The notes: generated from the sequence alone by a model not told the origin. A stretch of 64,000 nucleotides of DNA from Ruminococcus sp. (GCA_017457155.1 JAFTHZ010000004.1:7798-71797); one strand, 5' to 3'; positions 10,648 to 21,064 are shown, counted from the first letter of the stretch. Program-made: numbers and translations.

Positions 10648-11829
10648 TTGAATTATACAGAAAAATATTTCATTGAGTTGCTCCGCGGCTTTGTGACGGA
10701 CAGCATACCAAAACTGAATAATGACAATGTTGATGAGCAGGAGCTTCTGGAGCTTTCCCGCAGACACAATATACGTGCCATAGTAGCGTATATGACAGAG
10801 AAGTCAGAGCACACATTCTCTGACGATACGGAAAAAATCCTGCAGAAGTCTTATGACAACACGGTTATGCAGATGATAAACCGTGAAGCCTGCGCTTTGC
10901 TTCTGTGCAGACGTCTCAGCTCGGAGAAAATACCCCATATTCTGTTCAAGGGTATCACCGTCAGCGAGACCTACCCTGTGAAGGAACTGCGTACCTTTGG
11001 CGATGTGGATATCATCGTCAGGGCTGAGGACGACGATCGCATCCGCAAGATGATGGCTGATCAGGGCTACAGTCGGTCTGTTACAGACGGAGGTACTGTC
11101 ACCGTATATGACAGAGGCAGAGAGCATTACGAGCTCCATACCGCACTGAATGTTTCTATTCTGGAGAATCAGACGTACTTTGCGGATATATGGAACAATG
11201 TTCAGCTCCGTTCAGGGACTACATACGCTTTTGAGCATAACTTTCATCTGAGTTACCTGATATCACATATCGAGAAGCACGTCAAGGGTGGCGGAGCAGG
11301 TATCAAGATGTATCTGGATATCGCTCTGTATATAAGAAAATACAAAGATCAGATAGACCTTGACCGCGTCAGAGAGATAATGGTCGGATGCAATCTTGGA
11401 GGTTTTCTGAGTACTGTTCTGTATCTTTGCAACCGATGGTTCTCTCTTGAGATTCCTCAGTGGGTAGAGCCTATAGAGGAAGATGTATATGAAAAGATGT
11501 GCGACTTCACTCTTGCAGGCGGAATCTTCGGCGCAGAGGGCGAGAAAAACAACCTGAAGTCTGCTTTGAACGCTCAGGTCCAATCGGGACGGCGAGGTGC
11601 AAGGTTCAGACTTCTCCTTGGCAGGGTGTTTCCTCCGTTTCGTGAGTTGAGCCGACTTTATCCTGCCTATGAAGGCAAACCACTGCTGGCACCTGTTGCG
11701 TGGAGTCAGCATATCTTCTGTGTTGTGAGAGGCGGAAAGCTCTCAAGAATCAGAGAGATTGCCACAGCGGATGTGGCTTCTGCACAGGAAAAAGCAGATT
11801 TCCTGGAGAGCATCGGCTCAGGAAAATAA
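10648..11829 (+). CDS. Nucleotidyltransferase family protein (NTP_transf_5-like)
   Basis: LFKG..YP..LRTFGDVDI..ELH and GAGIKMYLDI motifs; TTG start. Confidence 0.8.
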   Translation: MNYTEKYFIELLRGFVTDSIPKLNNDNVDEQELLELSRRHNIRAIVAYMTEKSEHTFSDDTEKILQKSYDNTVMQMINREACALLLCRRLSSEKIPHILFKGITVSETYPVKELRTFGDVDIIVRAEDDDRIRKMMADQGYSRSVTDGGTVTVYDRGREHYELHTALNVSILENQTYFADIWNNVQLRSGTTYAFEHNFHLSYLISHIEKHVKGGGAGIKMYLDIALYIRKYKDQIDLDRVREIMVGCNLGGFLSTVLYLCNRWFSLEIPQWVEPIEEDVYEKMCDFTLAGGIFGAEGEKNNLKSALNAQVQSGRRGARFRLLLGRVFPPFRELSRLYPAYEGKPLLAPVAWSQHIFCVVRGGKLSRIREIATADVASAQEKADFLESIGSGK

Positions 11830-11842
11830 AAGAGAGAAAAAT

Positions 11843-11874
11843 AAATCTCCCCGATATGTTCGGGGAGATTTTTT
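11843..11874. terminator. Bidirectional terminator between convergent clusters A and B
   Basis: AAATCTCCCCGA-tatgt-TCGGGGAGATTT flanked by A and T runs. Confidence 0.85.
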
Positions 11875-12409
11875 ATGTTTGCTGCAAATCTTCTGTGATG
11901 ATTTCTTTTGATAATGCGCTGTTGCGATATCTGGGGTCATGAGTCACATTTTTGATGACTTTGATGAATTGAGGGATAGGGGGGACAACCTCCTCAGAGT
12001 CTACTTCCACCTCCAGAAACCCTCTGTCATCCCAGAATGGAAAGATATCTACCTCGTAGGTGAACCCATCAAGGACGAAGCTGTGACGGGTTTTCTCGAT
12101 GGGAGAGCGACCCTCTGAGGAGTACCTCATAAGCTCTCTGAATTCCTCCGCGGTAATCTCGCTTTCTACCTCAATCCTTGTGAGATGAGTTACATTCTGC
12201 TTGATGGTTTTTACATAGCGGACACCGTCCGGACCTTCGTGCCTACGTATGCGACAGCGCTGTCCGTTTGGGTTCTGTTCGTCAGCGGGCAGGGTCAGAT
12301 AAATCTGGAGCAGCTCCTCGGATTTGTACTTTGGTTGCTGTCTGAGGATTTCTGTATCAGGGATTCTGATGAGGAATTTGTGTTCTATTTCAAGGGGGAG
12401 ATTATTCAT
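11873..12409 (-). CDS. CYTH-domain (triphosphate tunnel) protein
   Basis: EIEHKFLI, RIR, IEKTR, EVD, LEVEV and YRNSAL motifs. Confidence 0.85.
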   Translation of the reverse strand: MNNLPLEIEHKFLIRIPDTEILRQQPKYKSEELLQIYLTLPADEQNPNGQRCRIRRHEGPDGVRYVKTIKQNVTHLTRIEVESEITAEEFRELMRYSSEGRSPIEKTRHSFVLDGFTYEVDIFPFWDDRGFLEVEVDSEEVVPPIPQFIKVIKNVTHDPRYRNSALSKEIITEDLQQT

Positions 12410-13291
12410 TCAGTTCACATCAATTATCATTATTTCGGGTCGGTTGTTAAACCTTGGCACAAAGGATGGAGAAGACCCCAGTCCTGTGGTTATTGCCAGC
12501 TTGCCTCCACAGGTTGTATCGTACAGTCCAGCGTCATACTCAGGGAAAAGTCCCTGGTCAGGAGCAATCAATCCTCCCACAAAGGGCAGACGGATCATAC
12601 CGCCGTGGGTGTGTCCGCTGACCATAAGGTCCACAGGGAAGTTTTCGATTCCCCATTCGTAGTACTCGGGGAAGTGACACAAGAGCAGAGTGAATCTGTC
12701 GTCTGAGACTTCAGAGAATTCATAAAGGAACTGAATGGTCGAGCTATCCCAGTCCCGATAGTAGCTGAGTCCTCCGATGCGCAGGGGGGTGTCATTTATG
12801 GTTATGTCCGTATAATCTTTGTCAAGAAGTGTAGCTCCGCTTGCTGTGATGGCGGACCTGATATCCTCGAGCATAGGACTGTCAAGCTCGTGATTTCCCA
12901 AAGAGGAGTATACGGGAGCAATCTGTGAAAGCTTCATGAGGACTTCCTGCAGATATTCTATGTCCTCCTCTTCCGTGTGGTTTCTTCCCAGCATATCCCC
13001 CACAGTGAGGATAATGTGGGGTTCCTGTGTGCGAAGATTATCATACAGGGATTGGTTGGAGTTTCTGAACTTTTTGTTGTGCAGGTCAGAGACTACGCCT
13101 ATTCTGACGGTGGAATTCACCTTGGAATTATCCACAGAAAGGTTGTTGACCTTGATAAGGCTGTTGCTTATGTACAGGTCCGCGCACAGATAAATAAGGA
13201 AGAGACCCAGCAGGATAAGGATGATGATTCTGAGCCTTTGATTTTTTCGACCTGGAGCGGATTCGCAGATGTCAGATGGGAGAGAGCTCAT
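12410..13291 (-). CDS. Membrane-anchored metallophosphoesterase (YkuE-like)
   Basis: N-terminal TM; SDLH, GD, GNHE, LLCH, SGHTHGG motifs. Confidence 0.88.
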   Translation of the reverse strand: MSSLPSDICESAPGRKNQRLRIIILILLGLFLIYLCADLYISNSLIKVNNLSVDNSKVNSTVRIGVVSDLHNKKFRNSNQSLYDNLRTQEPHIILTVGDMLGRNHTEEEDIEYLQEVLMKLSQIAPVYSSLGNHELDSPMLEDIRSAITASGATLLDKDYTDITINDTPLRIGGLSYYRDWDSSTIQFLYEFSEVSDDRFTLLLCHFPEYYEWGIENFPVDLMVSGHTHGGMIRLPFVGGLIAPDQGLFPEYDAGLYDTTCGGKLAITTGLGSSPSFVPRFNNRPEIMIIDVN

Positions 13292-14421
13292 CGTGTAACA
13301 AACTCGATTACTGCGTCAATTACAGTCTGTACATCCTCGTCTGTGAGTCTTAGGTGGAGAGGCAGTGAGAGAATATGCTCGCTGTAATACTCGGAATTGG
13401 GGCAGGTACCCTGTGCGTAGGAGTACATACGATAGTTGGTGTTGTCGATATAGTGAACACCGGGGAAGATATCCTTGGAGTTGAGGAAGGTCAGCAGTTC
13501 GTCTCTGTCCTCAACAATAATCTGGAAGAGATGACGGCTGGTCTGGCAATCTTCGGGAATTGTGACAAGTCGGATCTTGTCGGCATAAGGTGCAAAGCCC
13601 TCGGTGTACATCTGTGCCACTCTGTTTCTGAAGGCGTTGTCTTCGTCCAGATGCTGAAGCTGTACGAGTCCGATGGATGCAATAACAGAGTTGCCGTGAT
13701 ACTTGTGGCCTACGTACTCTACGTCGTACTTCCATTTGTAGTTGCCGCCCGCGCTTGTTCTGGCGTAGGTATCTTTGTTGATGCCCAGCCATGCGAACTT
13801 TCTTGCGATATCGTCAAATTTTTTGTCCTTGAAGCAGATCATGCCGCTGTCTGCTGTGGGCAGATTTTTGACAGCCTGGAAGGAGTAAACAACAACATCA
13901 GCTTCATTGCCGGGAATCACGCCGTTCAGTCTGGTGCCTGCCATGTGGGCAGCGTCCAGAATCAGCACAAGATTATGCTCCTTGCAGATTTTTACAATCT
14001 CTGAGTATTTGCCTGTGTTGCCGCCCATACCAACGAACATAACAGCCTTTGTCTTGTCGGTGATTCTCTCACGTACAGACTGAGGGTCGAGGCACAGGGT
14101 GTCGTCTACATCAGCAAAAACAGGTTTGAGTCCTGCCTGCATGATAGCGTGGTTGGTTGTGATGAAGGTGAGGGGAGTGGTGATGACCTCTGCGTCATCG
14201 TCCCAGCCCAGCTCCATCTTGAACAGGTCGCATGCCATATAGAGTCCGGAAGTAGATGAGTTGAGGTAGTATGCGTTGGGAAGTCCTGTGTATTCCTTCC
14301 ATTTTTCCTCCAGCTCAAGGGTCTTGAACCCCATACCTGTCCAGCCCTTGTCCAGACATTCTCTGATCTGTTCAAGGCAGGCTTCAGTGTCGAATTTGGG
14401 CATAAATAACTGTATTCCCAT
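13288..14421 (-). CDS. DegT/DnrJ/EryC1/StrS sugar aminotransferase
   Basis: TTPLTF, DAAH, SFQAVKNL (PLP lysine), ILSLPLH. Confidence 0.92.
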   Translation of the reverse strand: MGIQLFMPKFDTEACLEQIRECLDKGWTGMGFKTLELEEKWKEYTGLPNAYYLNSSTSGLYMACDLFKMELGWDDDAEVITTPLTFITTNHAIMQAGLKPVFADVDDTLCLDPQSVRERITDKTKAVMFVGMGGNTGKYSEIVKICKEHNLVLILDAAHMAGTRLNGVIPGNEADVVVYSFQAVKNLPTADSGMICFKDKKFDDIARKFAWLGINKDTYARTSAGGNYKWKYDVEYVGHKYHGNSVIASIGLVQLQHLDEDNAFRNRVAQMYTEGFAPYADKIRLVTIPEDCQTSRHLFQIIVEDRDELLTFLNSKDIFPGVHYIDNTNYRMYSYAQGTCPNSEYYSEHILSLPLHLRLTDEDVQTVIDAVIEFVTR

Positions 14422-14454
14422 AATATGTTTCCTCCAGTTTATATGAGTAAAAAA

Positions 14455-15474
14455 TTATCTGTCTTTGTACATTCTTTCATAGTAGCTCTGGTAGTCACCC
14501 TCAAGGATGTTTTTCCACCAGGATTCATTATCGAGATACCACTGTATGGTACGCTTTATACCCTCGTCAAAGGTGGTACGGGGGAGCCATCCCAGCTCAT
14601 TGTGGATTTTTGTGGGGTCAATGGCGTAGCGCATATCATGACCGGGTCGGTCAGTAACATAGGTTATCAGGTCCTCGCTCTTATCAAGGAGGTTCAGAAT
14701 AGTTTTTACAACCTGAAGATTTGTGCGCTCATTGTGGCCGCCGATGTTGTAGACCTCACCCTCTCTGCCTTTGCGGATAACCAGGTCAATGGCAGCACAG
14801 TGGTCCTCAACATACAGCCAGTCGCGGACATTCTCGCCCTTGCCGTATACAGGCAGACTTTCCTCGGCCAGAGCACGGGATATCATCAGGGGAATGAGCT
14901 TCTCGGGGAAGTGGTAGGGGCCGTAGTTGTTGGAGCAGCGGGTGATGGATACGGGCAGCTTGAAGGTGCGGGCATAGGCCAGCACCAGCAGGTCGGCAGA
15001 CGCCTTGGATGCGCTATAGGGAGAGGAGGTGTGAATGGGGGTCTCCTCTGTAAAGAACAGGTCAGGTCGGTCCAGAGGAAGGTCTCCGTATACCTCATCG
15101 GTAGAAACCTGATGGTATCGCTTTATTCCGTATTTGCGACAGGCATCCATAAGCACCTGAGTGCCCAGAATGTTTGTCTTGAGGAAGATCTCGGGGTTTT
15201 CTACGGAGCGGTCAACGTGGCTTTCTGCGGCGAAGTTGACAACAATGTCAAACTTCTCTTCCTCAAAGAGAGGGAACACACAGTCTCTGTCAGCGATATC
15301 GCCCTTGACAAAACGGAAATTCGGGTTAGTCATAGCTTTGTCCAGAGTCTGGAGGTTGCCTGCATAGGTGAGCTTATCAAGGCATACTATGCGGTCATCG
15401 GGGTGATTTTCAAGTTCATAATAAACAAAGTTTGCTCCGATAAATCCGGCACCGCCGGTTACTAATATATTCAT
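14455..15474 (-). CDS. rfbB: dTDP-glucose 4,6-dehydratase
   Basis: [43 protein letters not shown]. Confidence 0.97.
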   Translation of the reverse strand: MNILVTGGAGFIGANFVYYELENHPDDRIVCLDKLTYAGNLQTLDKAMTNPNFRFVKGDIADRDCVFPLFEEEKFDIVVNFAAESHVDRSVENPEIFLKTNILGTQVLMDACRKYGIKRYHQVSTDEVYGDLPLDRPDLFFTEETPIHTSSPYSASKASADLLVLAYARTFKLPVSITRCSNNYGPYHFPEKLIPLMISRALAEESLPVYGKGENVRDWLYVEDHCAAIDLVIRKGREGEVYNIGGHNERTNLQVVKTILNLLDKSEDLITYVTDRPGHDMRYAIDPTKIHNELGWLPRTTFDEGIKRTIQWYLDNESWWKNILEGDYQSYYERMYKDR

Positions 15475-15498
15475 GTTTTTTCCTCCGAATCCTGAGAA

Positions 15499-16050
15499 TT
15501 AAAATGAAAAACCGAGGTCTTTCAATGTGGGGAAGTTCTTGTCCTTTTCGCTCAAGAGGATATCCTCTGTGCAGGGCCACTGAATATTTACATCTTTATC
15601 GTTATAGATAAGTCCGCCTTCGTCCTCAGGATGATACAGATCATCACACTTGTAGACGAATTCTGCCTCATCAGACAGGACAAGGAAGCCATGAGCAAAT
15701 CCTCTGGGGACATAGAATTGCTTTTTGTTTTCTTCTGACAGGATAACACCTACGTATTGTCCGAAGGTGGGACTGTCTTTTCTCAGGTCTACGGCTACGT
15801 CGTAAACCTCGCCCTTGATTACCCGCACAAGCTTTGCCTGGGGGTGGGTCTTCTGAAAGTGGAGTCCGCGCAGGACACCCTTCTTGGATTTGGATTGGTT
15901 GTCCTGAATAAAAACGCTGTCGATGCCTGCTTCTTCAAAATCGGACTGCTTGTATGTTTCCATAAAGTAGCCTCTATGGTCTCCGTAGACCTTGGGGGTG
16001 ATGATGACAACACCTTCGATAGAGGTTTTTTCAAAAGTAAAATTTCCCAT
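15499..16050 (-). CDS. rfbC: dTDP-4-dehydrorhamnose 3,5-epimerase
   Basis: DHRGYF, QDNQSKS, LRGLHFQ, DVAVDLR, GFAHGF. Confidence 0.97.
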   Translation of the reverse strand: MGNFTFEKTSIEGVVIITPKVYGDHRGYFMETYKQSDFEEAGIDSVFIQDNQSKSKKGVLRGLHFQKTHPQAKLVRVIKGEVYDVAVDLRKDSPTFGQYVGVILSEENKKQFYVPRGFAHGFLVLSDEAEFVYKCDDLYHPEDEGGLIYNDKDVNIQWPCTEDILLSEKDKNFPTLKDLGFSF

Positions 16051-16072
16051 ACTTACCTCGATATGCTGAACC

Positions 16073-16957
16073 TTAATATCTGTATTTGTGCTCGGCTACT
16101 CTCTTCAGATAATCTCCGTAGGGACTTTTGCCGTATTTTTCTGCTGCTTTGAGCAGTTCTTCTCTTGTGATCCATCCGTTTACATGGGCGATCTCTTCGG
16201 GGACTGATATCATCAGGGACTGTCTTGTCTCTGTGATCTGTACGAAGTTTGATGCGTCAATGAGAGAATCCATGGTGCCTGTGTCCAGCCAGGCGTAACC
16301 TCTGCCCATAACCTTAACTGTCAGGTCATCCTGCTGCAGATATAGTCTGTTCAGGTCAGTTATCTCCAGCTCTCCTCTTGCGGAGGGTTTGATCTGCTTT
16401 GCCATTTCTACTACGCGGTTATCATAGAAGTAAAGTCCTGTGATGCAGTAGTTTGACTTTGGGTTTTCCGGCTTTTCTTCCACAGACAGGACCTTTCCGT
16501 ATTCGTCAAATTCTACTATGCCAAAGCGCTCGGGATCGTTGACATAATAGCCGAAGATGGTAGCCTTGCCATTCTCGGCGGATTCCTTTGCTTCCTTGAG
16601 CATCTTTGACAGGCCATTGCCGTAGAAGATGTTGTCTCCCAGTATCATGGCACAGGAGTCGTCTGCGATGAACTCCTCGCCCAGTAGGAATGCCTGAGCA
16701 AGTCCGTCGGGGGAGGGCTGAACCTTGTATGAAAGGTTGATTCCGTAACGTGATCCGTCTCCCAGAAGTCTCTCGAAATTCGGAGTGTCCTGGGGCGTGG
16801 AGATAATGAGTATATCCCTGATACCGGCCAGCATCAGTGTAGAAAGGGGATAGAAAATCATAGGCTTATCATAAACAGGCAGAAGCTGTTTAGATGTGAC
16901 CTGTGTCAGAGGATAGAGTCGGGTACCGGCACCGCCGGCGAGAATTATACCTTTCAT
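16073..16957 (-). CDS. rfbA: Glucose-1-phosphate thymidylyltransferase
   Basis: [43 protein letters not shown]. Confidence 0.97.
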   Translation of the reverse strand: MKGIILAGGAGTRLYPLTQVTSKQLLPVYDKPMIFYPLSTLMLAGIRDILIISTPQDTPNFERLLGDGSRYGINLSYKVQPSPDGLAQAFLLGEEFIADDSCAMILGDNIFYGNGLSKMLKEAKESAENGKATIFGYYVNDPERFGIVEFDEYGKVLSVEEKPENPKSNYCITGLYFYDNRVVEMAKQIKPSARGELEITDLNRLYLQQDDLTVKVMGRGYAWLDTGTMDSLIDASNFVQITETRQSLMISVPEEIAHVNGWITREELLKAAEKYGKSPYGDYLKRVAEHKYRY

Positions 16958-16986
16958 TATCGTCACTCCTTATTGTTCAGAGGATT

Positions 16987-17964
16987 TTAAATCACCTTTT
17001 TGAGGGCTTTGTAGATAACTTTTATGAGCTTGTTCTTTGCAGCACAGGCTGCAAAGTGGTCTCTAAATCGTGCTGTCCTGATTTCTTTGAGTATGGCAAG
17101 CTGCTCATTGGCAAGTTTTTTGTCAGAAATATCTACGGACAGATACAGCTTCTTTCGGGCGTATATGTTAAGCACCTTGTTCATATATGAGGTGCGTTCT
17201 TTTTCTGTCATAGGAATGCTGTGAAGAGTATGCGAGAGTATCTCGATATAACCGTTTGCTCTGTCAATGGCTTTCTCTGTGGACAGCTTGGAGTGGGAAT
17301 GGCTGTTGGGAGAGATTACATAGCTGCACAGAGGTTCGTTCATAAAGTATCTCTTGCTTATATAGTAGACAGGGAGCATCAGCTGCCAGTTCTGCTCTCT
17401 TCTGCCGGTGAAGATATCTCTGTGGGGAACAGCCTTGTCAAATACGCTGGTGCGTACCATAAAGCAGTGGCAGCATATATAGGCATTTCCCAGCAGACAA
17501 TGCTCAAATTGATTTTCTTCTGCTGAATGAGGAAAGTTTTCTGAGATCCTTCTGATGGGCTTGTCCGGGGCATCTTCGGACACAATATAGGCGTCGGACT
17601 GGACACAGCCGTACTGAGGGTTGCTTTCCAGGAAGTTTACCCTCTTCTCAACTGATTCAGGCATAAGTATATCATCCGAATCGGTCCAGCAAAGGTATTC
17701 TCCGTTGAACAGCTTGAGGCCTCGGTTTATGGCAGTGGACTGTCCTGCATTTTCCTGGTATTGGTAGATTGCCTTGATGCCTTTTTTCTCAAATTCAGGC
17801 AGATAGGAGCGAAACAACTCCTCTGTGCCGTCGGTAGAGCCGTCGTTGATGAATATGTACTCAATGGGAGAGTAGGTCTGGTTGAGGACAGACTCTATCA
17901 TTCGGTGAGCGGTCTTCTCTCCGTTGTAGCAGGGAGTGATTATGCTGACCAGAGGGTTTGACAT
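16987..17964 (-). CDS. GT2 glycosyltransferase
   Basis: SIITPCYNGE, INDGSTD, WTDSDD. Confidence 0.9.
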   Translation of the reverse strand: MSNPLVSIITPCYNGEKTAHRMIESVLNQTYSPIEYIFINDGSTDGTEELFRSYLPEFEKKGIKAIYQYQENAGQSTAINRGLKLFNGEYLCWTDSDDILMPESVEKRVNFLESNPQYGCVQSDAYIVSEDAPDKPIRRISENFPHSAEENQFEHCLLGNAYICCHCFMVRTSVFDKAVPHRDIFTGRREQNWQLMLPVYYISKRYFMNEPLCSYVISPNSHSHSKLSTEKAIDRANGYIEILSHTLHSIPMTEKERTSYMNKVLNIYARKKLYLSVDISDKKLANEQLAILKEIRTARFRDHFAACAAKNKLIKVIYKALKKVI

Positions 17965-17991
17965 ATGCGGTTCCTCCGTGGTATGAGTGAA

Positions 17992-19104
17992 TTATTTTAA
18001 TATAATTTTGCAGATGCGATCAACATCTTCCATACTCAGGTCTGCATACAGGGGCAGGGTCAGCACTCGATTGGCAACATACTGTGCCACGGGGGTGGAG
18101 TCTGAGTTGTATTTATCCTTGTAGCAATCATAGTCCTGAACCAGAGGATAGAAGTATTTTCTTGCAAAAATGTTTTCCTGTGCAAGATCGGCGAAGATGG
18201 TGTCTCTTGTCTTGTTGAGGACATTCTCGTCAAAGACCACAGGCAGGTATGCGTAGTTGTGGGTTACATCATCGGGGATATTGCAAAGGGTAATTCCGGG
18301 GATATTGCGAAGATGGGACATATATCGTTCATAGAGGGCTTTGCGCTTTCCTATCTCCTCTTCAATATGCCTTAAGTTGCAAATTCCCATTGCTGCCTGA
18401 AACTCGTTCATCTTGGCGTTTGCACCTACATCAGAGACGGTCTCCTGATCAAGAATGCCGAAGTTACGCAGGCGATATAGCTTCTCTCCGATTTTATCGT
18501 CGCTGTAGCAGATTGCACCGCCCTCAATGGTGTTGAAAACCTTTGTGGCGTGGAAGCTGAACATAGAAGCATCGCCAAAGCTACCTGCGCCCTTGCCGGC
18601 TTTACAGACGCCGAAGGCATGGGCTGCGTCATAGATAACCTTCAGTCCGTGCTTCTTTGCGATTTCCTCGATAGCGTCTGTGTCACACAGGTTTCCGTAC
18701 ACATGCACAGGAACGATGGCACAGGTTTTGTCGGTGATGAGGGCCTCTATTTTGCTTGGGTCCATGGTATATGTAACAGGGTCTATATCACAGAACACAG
18801 GGGTGAGCCCCGAGCGCACAATAGCGTGAGCGGTGGAAGCGAAGGTGAAGGGAGTGGTAATGACCTCGCCCTCCAGTCCGAAAGCCTGAAGACACAGCTC
18901 AAGAGCCATATGTCCGTTTGAGAACAGAGAAACATTGTCTACCTTCAGGTATCGGGTGAGCTCGTTGCTGAGGGTGTGATGTTTGGGACCCATATTTGTC
19001 AGCAGGTGACTGTCAAATATTGAGGATATCTCTTCGATGTATTCCTCCATGGGAGGGATAGAGGAGCGTGTTACGTATATATTGTTGTCACTCACGATTG
19101 ACAC
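17992..19104 (-). CDS. Sugar aminotransferase, VioA-like (dTDP-4-amino-4,6-dideoxyglucose transaminase)
   Basis: IYVTR, LTNMGP, IYDAAHAFG, SFHATKVFNTIEGG, NAKMNEFQAAMG, ARKYFYP typical of the VioA clade. Confidence 0.8.
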   Translation of the reverse strand: MSIVSDNNIYVTRSSIPPMEEYIEEISSIFDSHLLTNMGPKHHTLSNELTRYLKVDNVSLFSNGHMALELCLQAFGLEGEVITTPFTFASTAHAIVRSGLTPVFCDIDPVTYTMDPSKIEALITDKTCAIVPVHVYGNLCDTDAIEEIAKKHGLKVIYDAAHAFGVCKAGKGAGSFGDASMFSFHATKVFNTIEGGAICYSDDKIGEKLYRLRNFGILDQETVSDVGANAKMNEFQAAMGICNLRHIEEEIGKRKALYERYMSHLRNIPGITLCNIPDDVTHNYAYLPVVFDENVLNKTRDTIFADLAQENIFARKYFYPLVQDYDCYKDKYNSDSTPVAQYVANRVLTLPLYADLSMEDVDRICKIILK

Positions 19105-19110
19105 CTCTCT

Positions 19111-20127
19111 TTAGTCATTGGAGAACAGGCTGATTACAAGCTCTTTCTGTGCACAGGTGCCTACCTTTGCACAGAGCAGGTCGGGGGATACTTCCTCACC
19201 GCGGAGCCACTTGACGATGGCAAGGGGAACATTGACTCCTGCTACATGAGAGAAGGGGTATCCTCCTCCAAAGCGGGCATTGAGCTCCAGCAGATAGGGG
19301 GTATCATCCACAAGAAAGATATCTGCATCCAGATTTGCCGGGTGCCTGAGGGCACTGCTGATTTTTTCGCCTATGGCACGGATGCGAGGATTCTCTGCGA
19401 TAATCGCTGCGTCGGTCTCTCCTGACCGCATTGCAAATTTTTGTCTGATGACGGTGTTTTGATAATTTCCGTTCAGGTCATTTATTACATCTATTCCATA
19501 CTCCTGACCCTGCAGAGACTGCTGAATCAGGACGCATTTTTCGGTGTCGATGGCGGACTCGTATCTGAGGTAGCTTTGTGCGATTTCTCTCTGAGCCTTT
19601 TTGTAGAGCACCACAAGCTCCTCTTCGTTGTCTGCTTTGTACACTGCGATGGAGCCCATACCCCATCGGGGCTTGATGTATAAGGGATAGGATACCTCCC
19701 GGCTGTTTATGGCAGCCAGTGCATCCGAGAGGGTGATGTAGGTCTTTGCGGTGGGGATTGACTCTCTCAGGCAGAACTGATATGTGTTCAACTTGTCGTT
19801 ACAGATGTCAATGCTGCTCTCGTCTGCGACTATGACCTTCACTCCCATAGCCTCAAATTTTGCTTTGTTGCGGGCAAGTATCATAAGGTCAATATCAAAC
19901 AGGCTTATGATGGCGTGGATGTTGTTCTCTTTGCAGTATTCCATCAGAAAGGGAATGTAGCTGTCATCATAAATGAGAGGAGTAACAACGGTCTTGTCTG
20001 CATATAGAAAAGCTGTGGAAAGGGCAGAGGAGTTTGCTGCGTGAACAAGGCCTTCTCCGTCGAGGGCTTCCTTAAAATATTTGACAAGGTAGCTGCGTCT
20101 GCCTGCAGATGTAAGTAAAATGTTCAT
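19111..20127 (-). CDS. ATP-grasp ligase (carbamoyl-phosphate-synthase-like family)
   Basis: MNILLTSAGRR, CNDK, IKPRWGMGS, QEYGID, ELNARFGGGYP; GGAG RBS before ATG 20127. Confidence 0.85.
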   Translation of the reverse strand: MNILLTSAGRRSYLVKYFKEALDGEGLVHAANSSALSTAFLYADKTVVTPLIYDDSYIPFLMEYCKENNIHAIISLFDIDLMILARNKAKFEAMGVKVIVADESSIDICNDKLNTYQFCLRESIPTAKTYITLSDALAAINSREVSYPLYIKPRWGMGSIAVYKADNEEELVVLYKKAQREIAQSYLRYESAIDTEKCVLIQQSLQGQEYGIDVINDLNGNYQNTVIRQKFAMRSGETDAAIIAENPRIRAIGEKISSALRHPANLDADIFLVDDTPYLLELNARFGGGYPFSHVAGVNVPLAIVKWLRGEEVSPDLLCAKVGTCAQKELVISLFSND

Positions 20128-20143
20128 AAGATTTGTCTCCATA

Positions 20144-21064
20144 TCAGAGCAAGATGTTTTTGTAATCACAGAACAGGGGGTATCCGCCTGTATGAATGAA
20201 AAGGATGTTTTTATCCTTAATGTTTGTTTTTTCGATGGTTTTCTTCATACCGTACCAGGCTTTGCCTGTGTAGGTCGGGTCAAGAGGAAGGTTGTACCGA
20301 GCATAAATATGGTCGATTTCTTCCAGCTGTTCGGGGGTGTGCTGTCCGTATCCGCCCTGGAGATACTCATCTGTAACCTTGACAGGGGCGTCGGATTCAG
20401 TGCCGAGATAGAGCTTCAGGTTCTCACGGATAATTTCCTCGCATCTGTCCTGAGGTCTTGCCACGGAAATGCCAAGGATGTTTCTGTTATGAGAGAGCTC
20501 CTGTGCTCTGCACAGAAGACCCGAGTAGGAGGCTGCGGTGCCGACTGCAAGAAAAATGTAATCAAAGTGTAGTTGCTGCTCTGTCTCGAACTTTACTATT
20601 TCGTCATATACCTTTGTGTATGCTGTGACAGGGGTAAGCTCGTTACCTTTGCCGTATCTGTCGCCATAAATATAGTAGGGGTCGTAACCCTCAGCCCGAA
20701 GGTCGGCCATGGCCTTGTCCACGGTTTGAGCCACCGAGGATTTGTCGCAGGCATACTCTCTGACTCCCAGAGAAGACACGATCTCGGAGTTGTTGGTGCG
20801 AGTGGGATGGTCTTCGCTGAATACTACGGCACAAGGGATGTTTTCCTGCTTGCACAGCTGTGCCAGTACCCTGCATAGGTTGGAGCTTTTTGATCCATAA
20901 GCCACGAGTGCAGTTTTGTCCAGTTGTCTCATATGAGCAACGAAAGCCTGAGAGAACCTCACCTTGTTTCCGCCATAGGATAAGGGGAGTTTGTCCTCTC
21001 GCTTTGTGTATATTCTGTTTTTGTAGAGCTCATCGACAAATTCGATGGGGGACTGACAAAGCAT
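20144..21064 (-). CDS. PLP-dependent D-cysteine desulfhydrase/ACC deaminase-family protein
   Basis: KRED..GGNKVR (PLP lysine), SN, LDPTYTGKAW, LFIHTGG. Confidence 0.85.
   Translation of the reverse strand: MLCQSPIEFVDELYKNRIYTKREDKLPLSYGGNKVRFSQAFVAHMRQLDKTALVAYGSKSSNLCRVLAQLCKQENIPCAVVFSEDHPTRTNNSEIVSSLGVREYACDKSSVAQTVDKAMADLRAEGYDPYYIYGDRYGKGNELTPVTAYTKVYDEIVKFETEQQLHFDYIFLAVGTAASYSGLLCRAQELSHNRNILGISVARPQDRCEEIIRENLKLYLGTESDAPVKVTDEYLQGGYGQHTPEQLEEIDHIYARYNLPLDPTYTGKAWYGMKKTIEKTNIKDKNILFIHTGGYPLFCDYKNILL

Noticed and set aside
14425-15465. 346-aa + strand ORF
   Set aside because: Antisense shadow of the highly conserved rfbB; no recognisable motifs.
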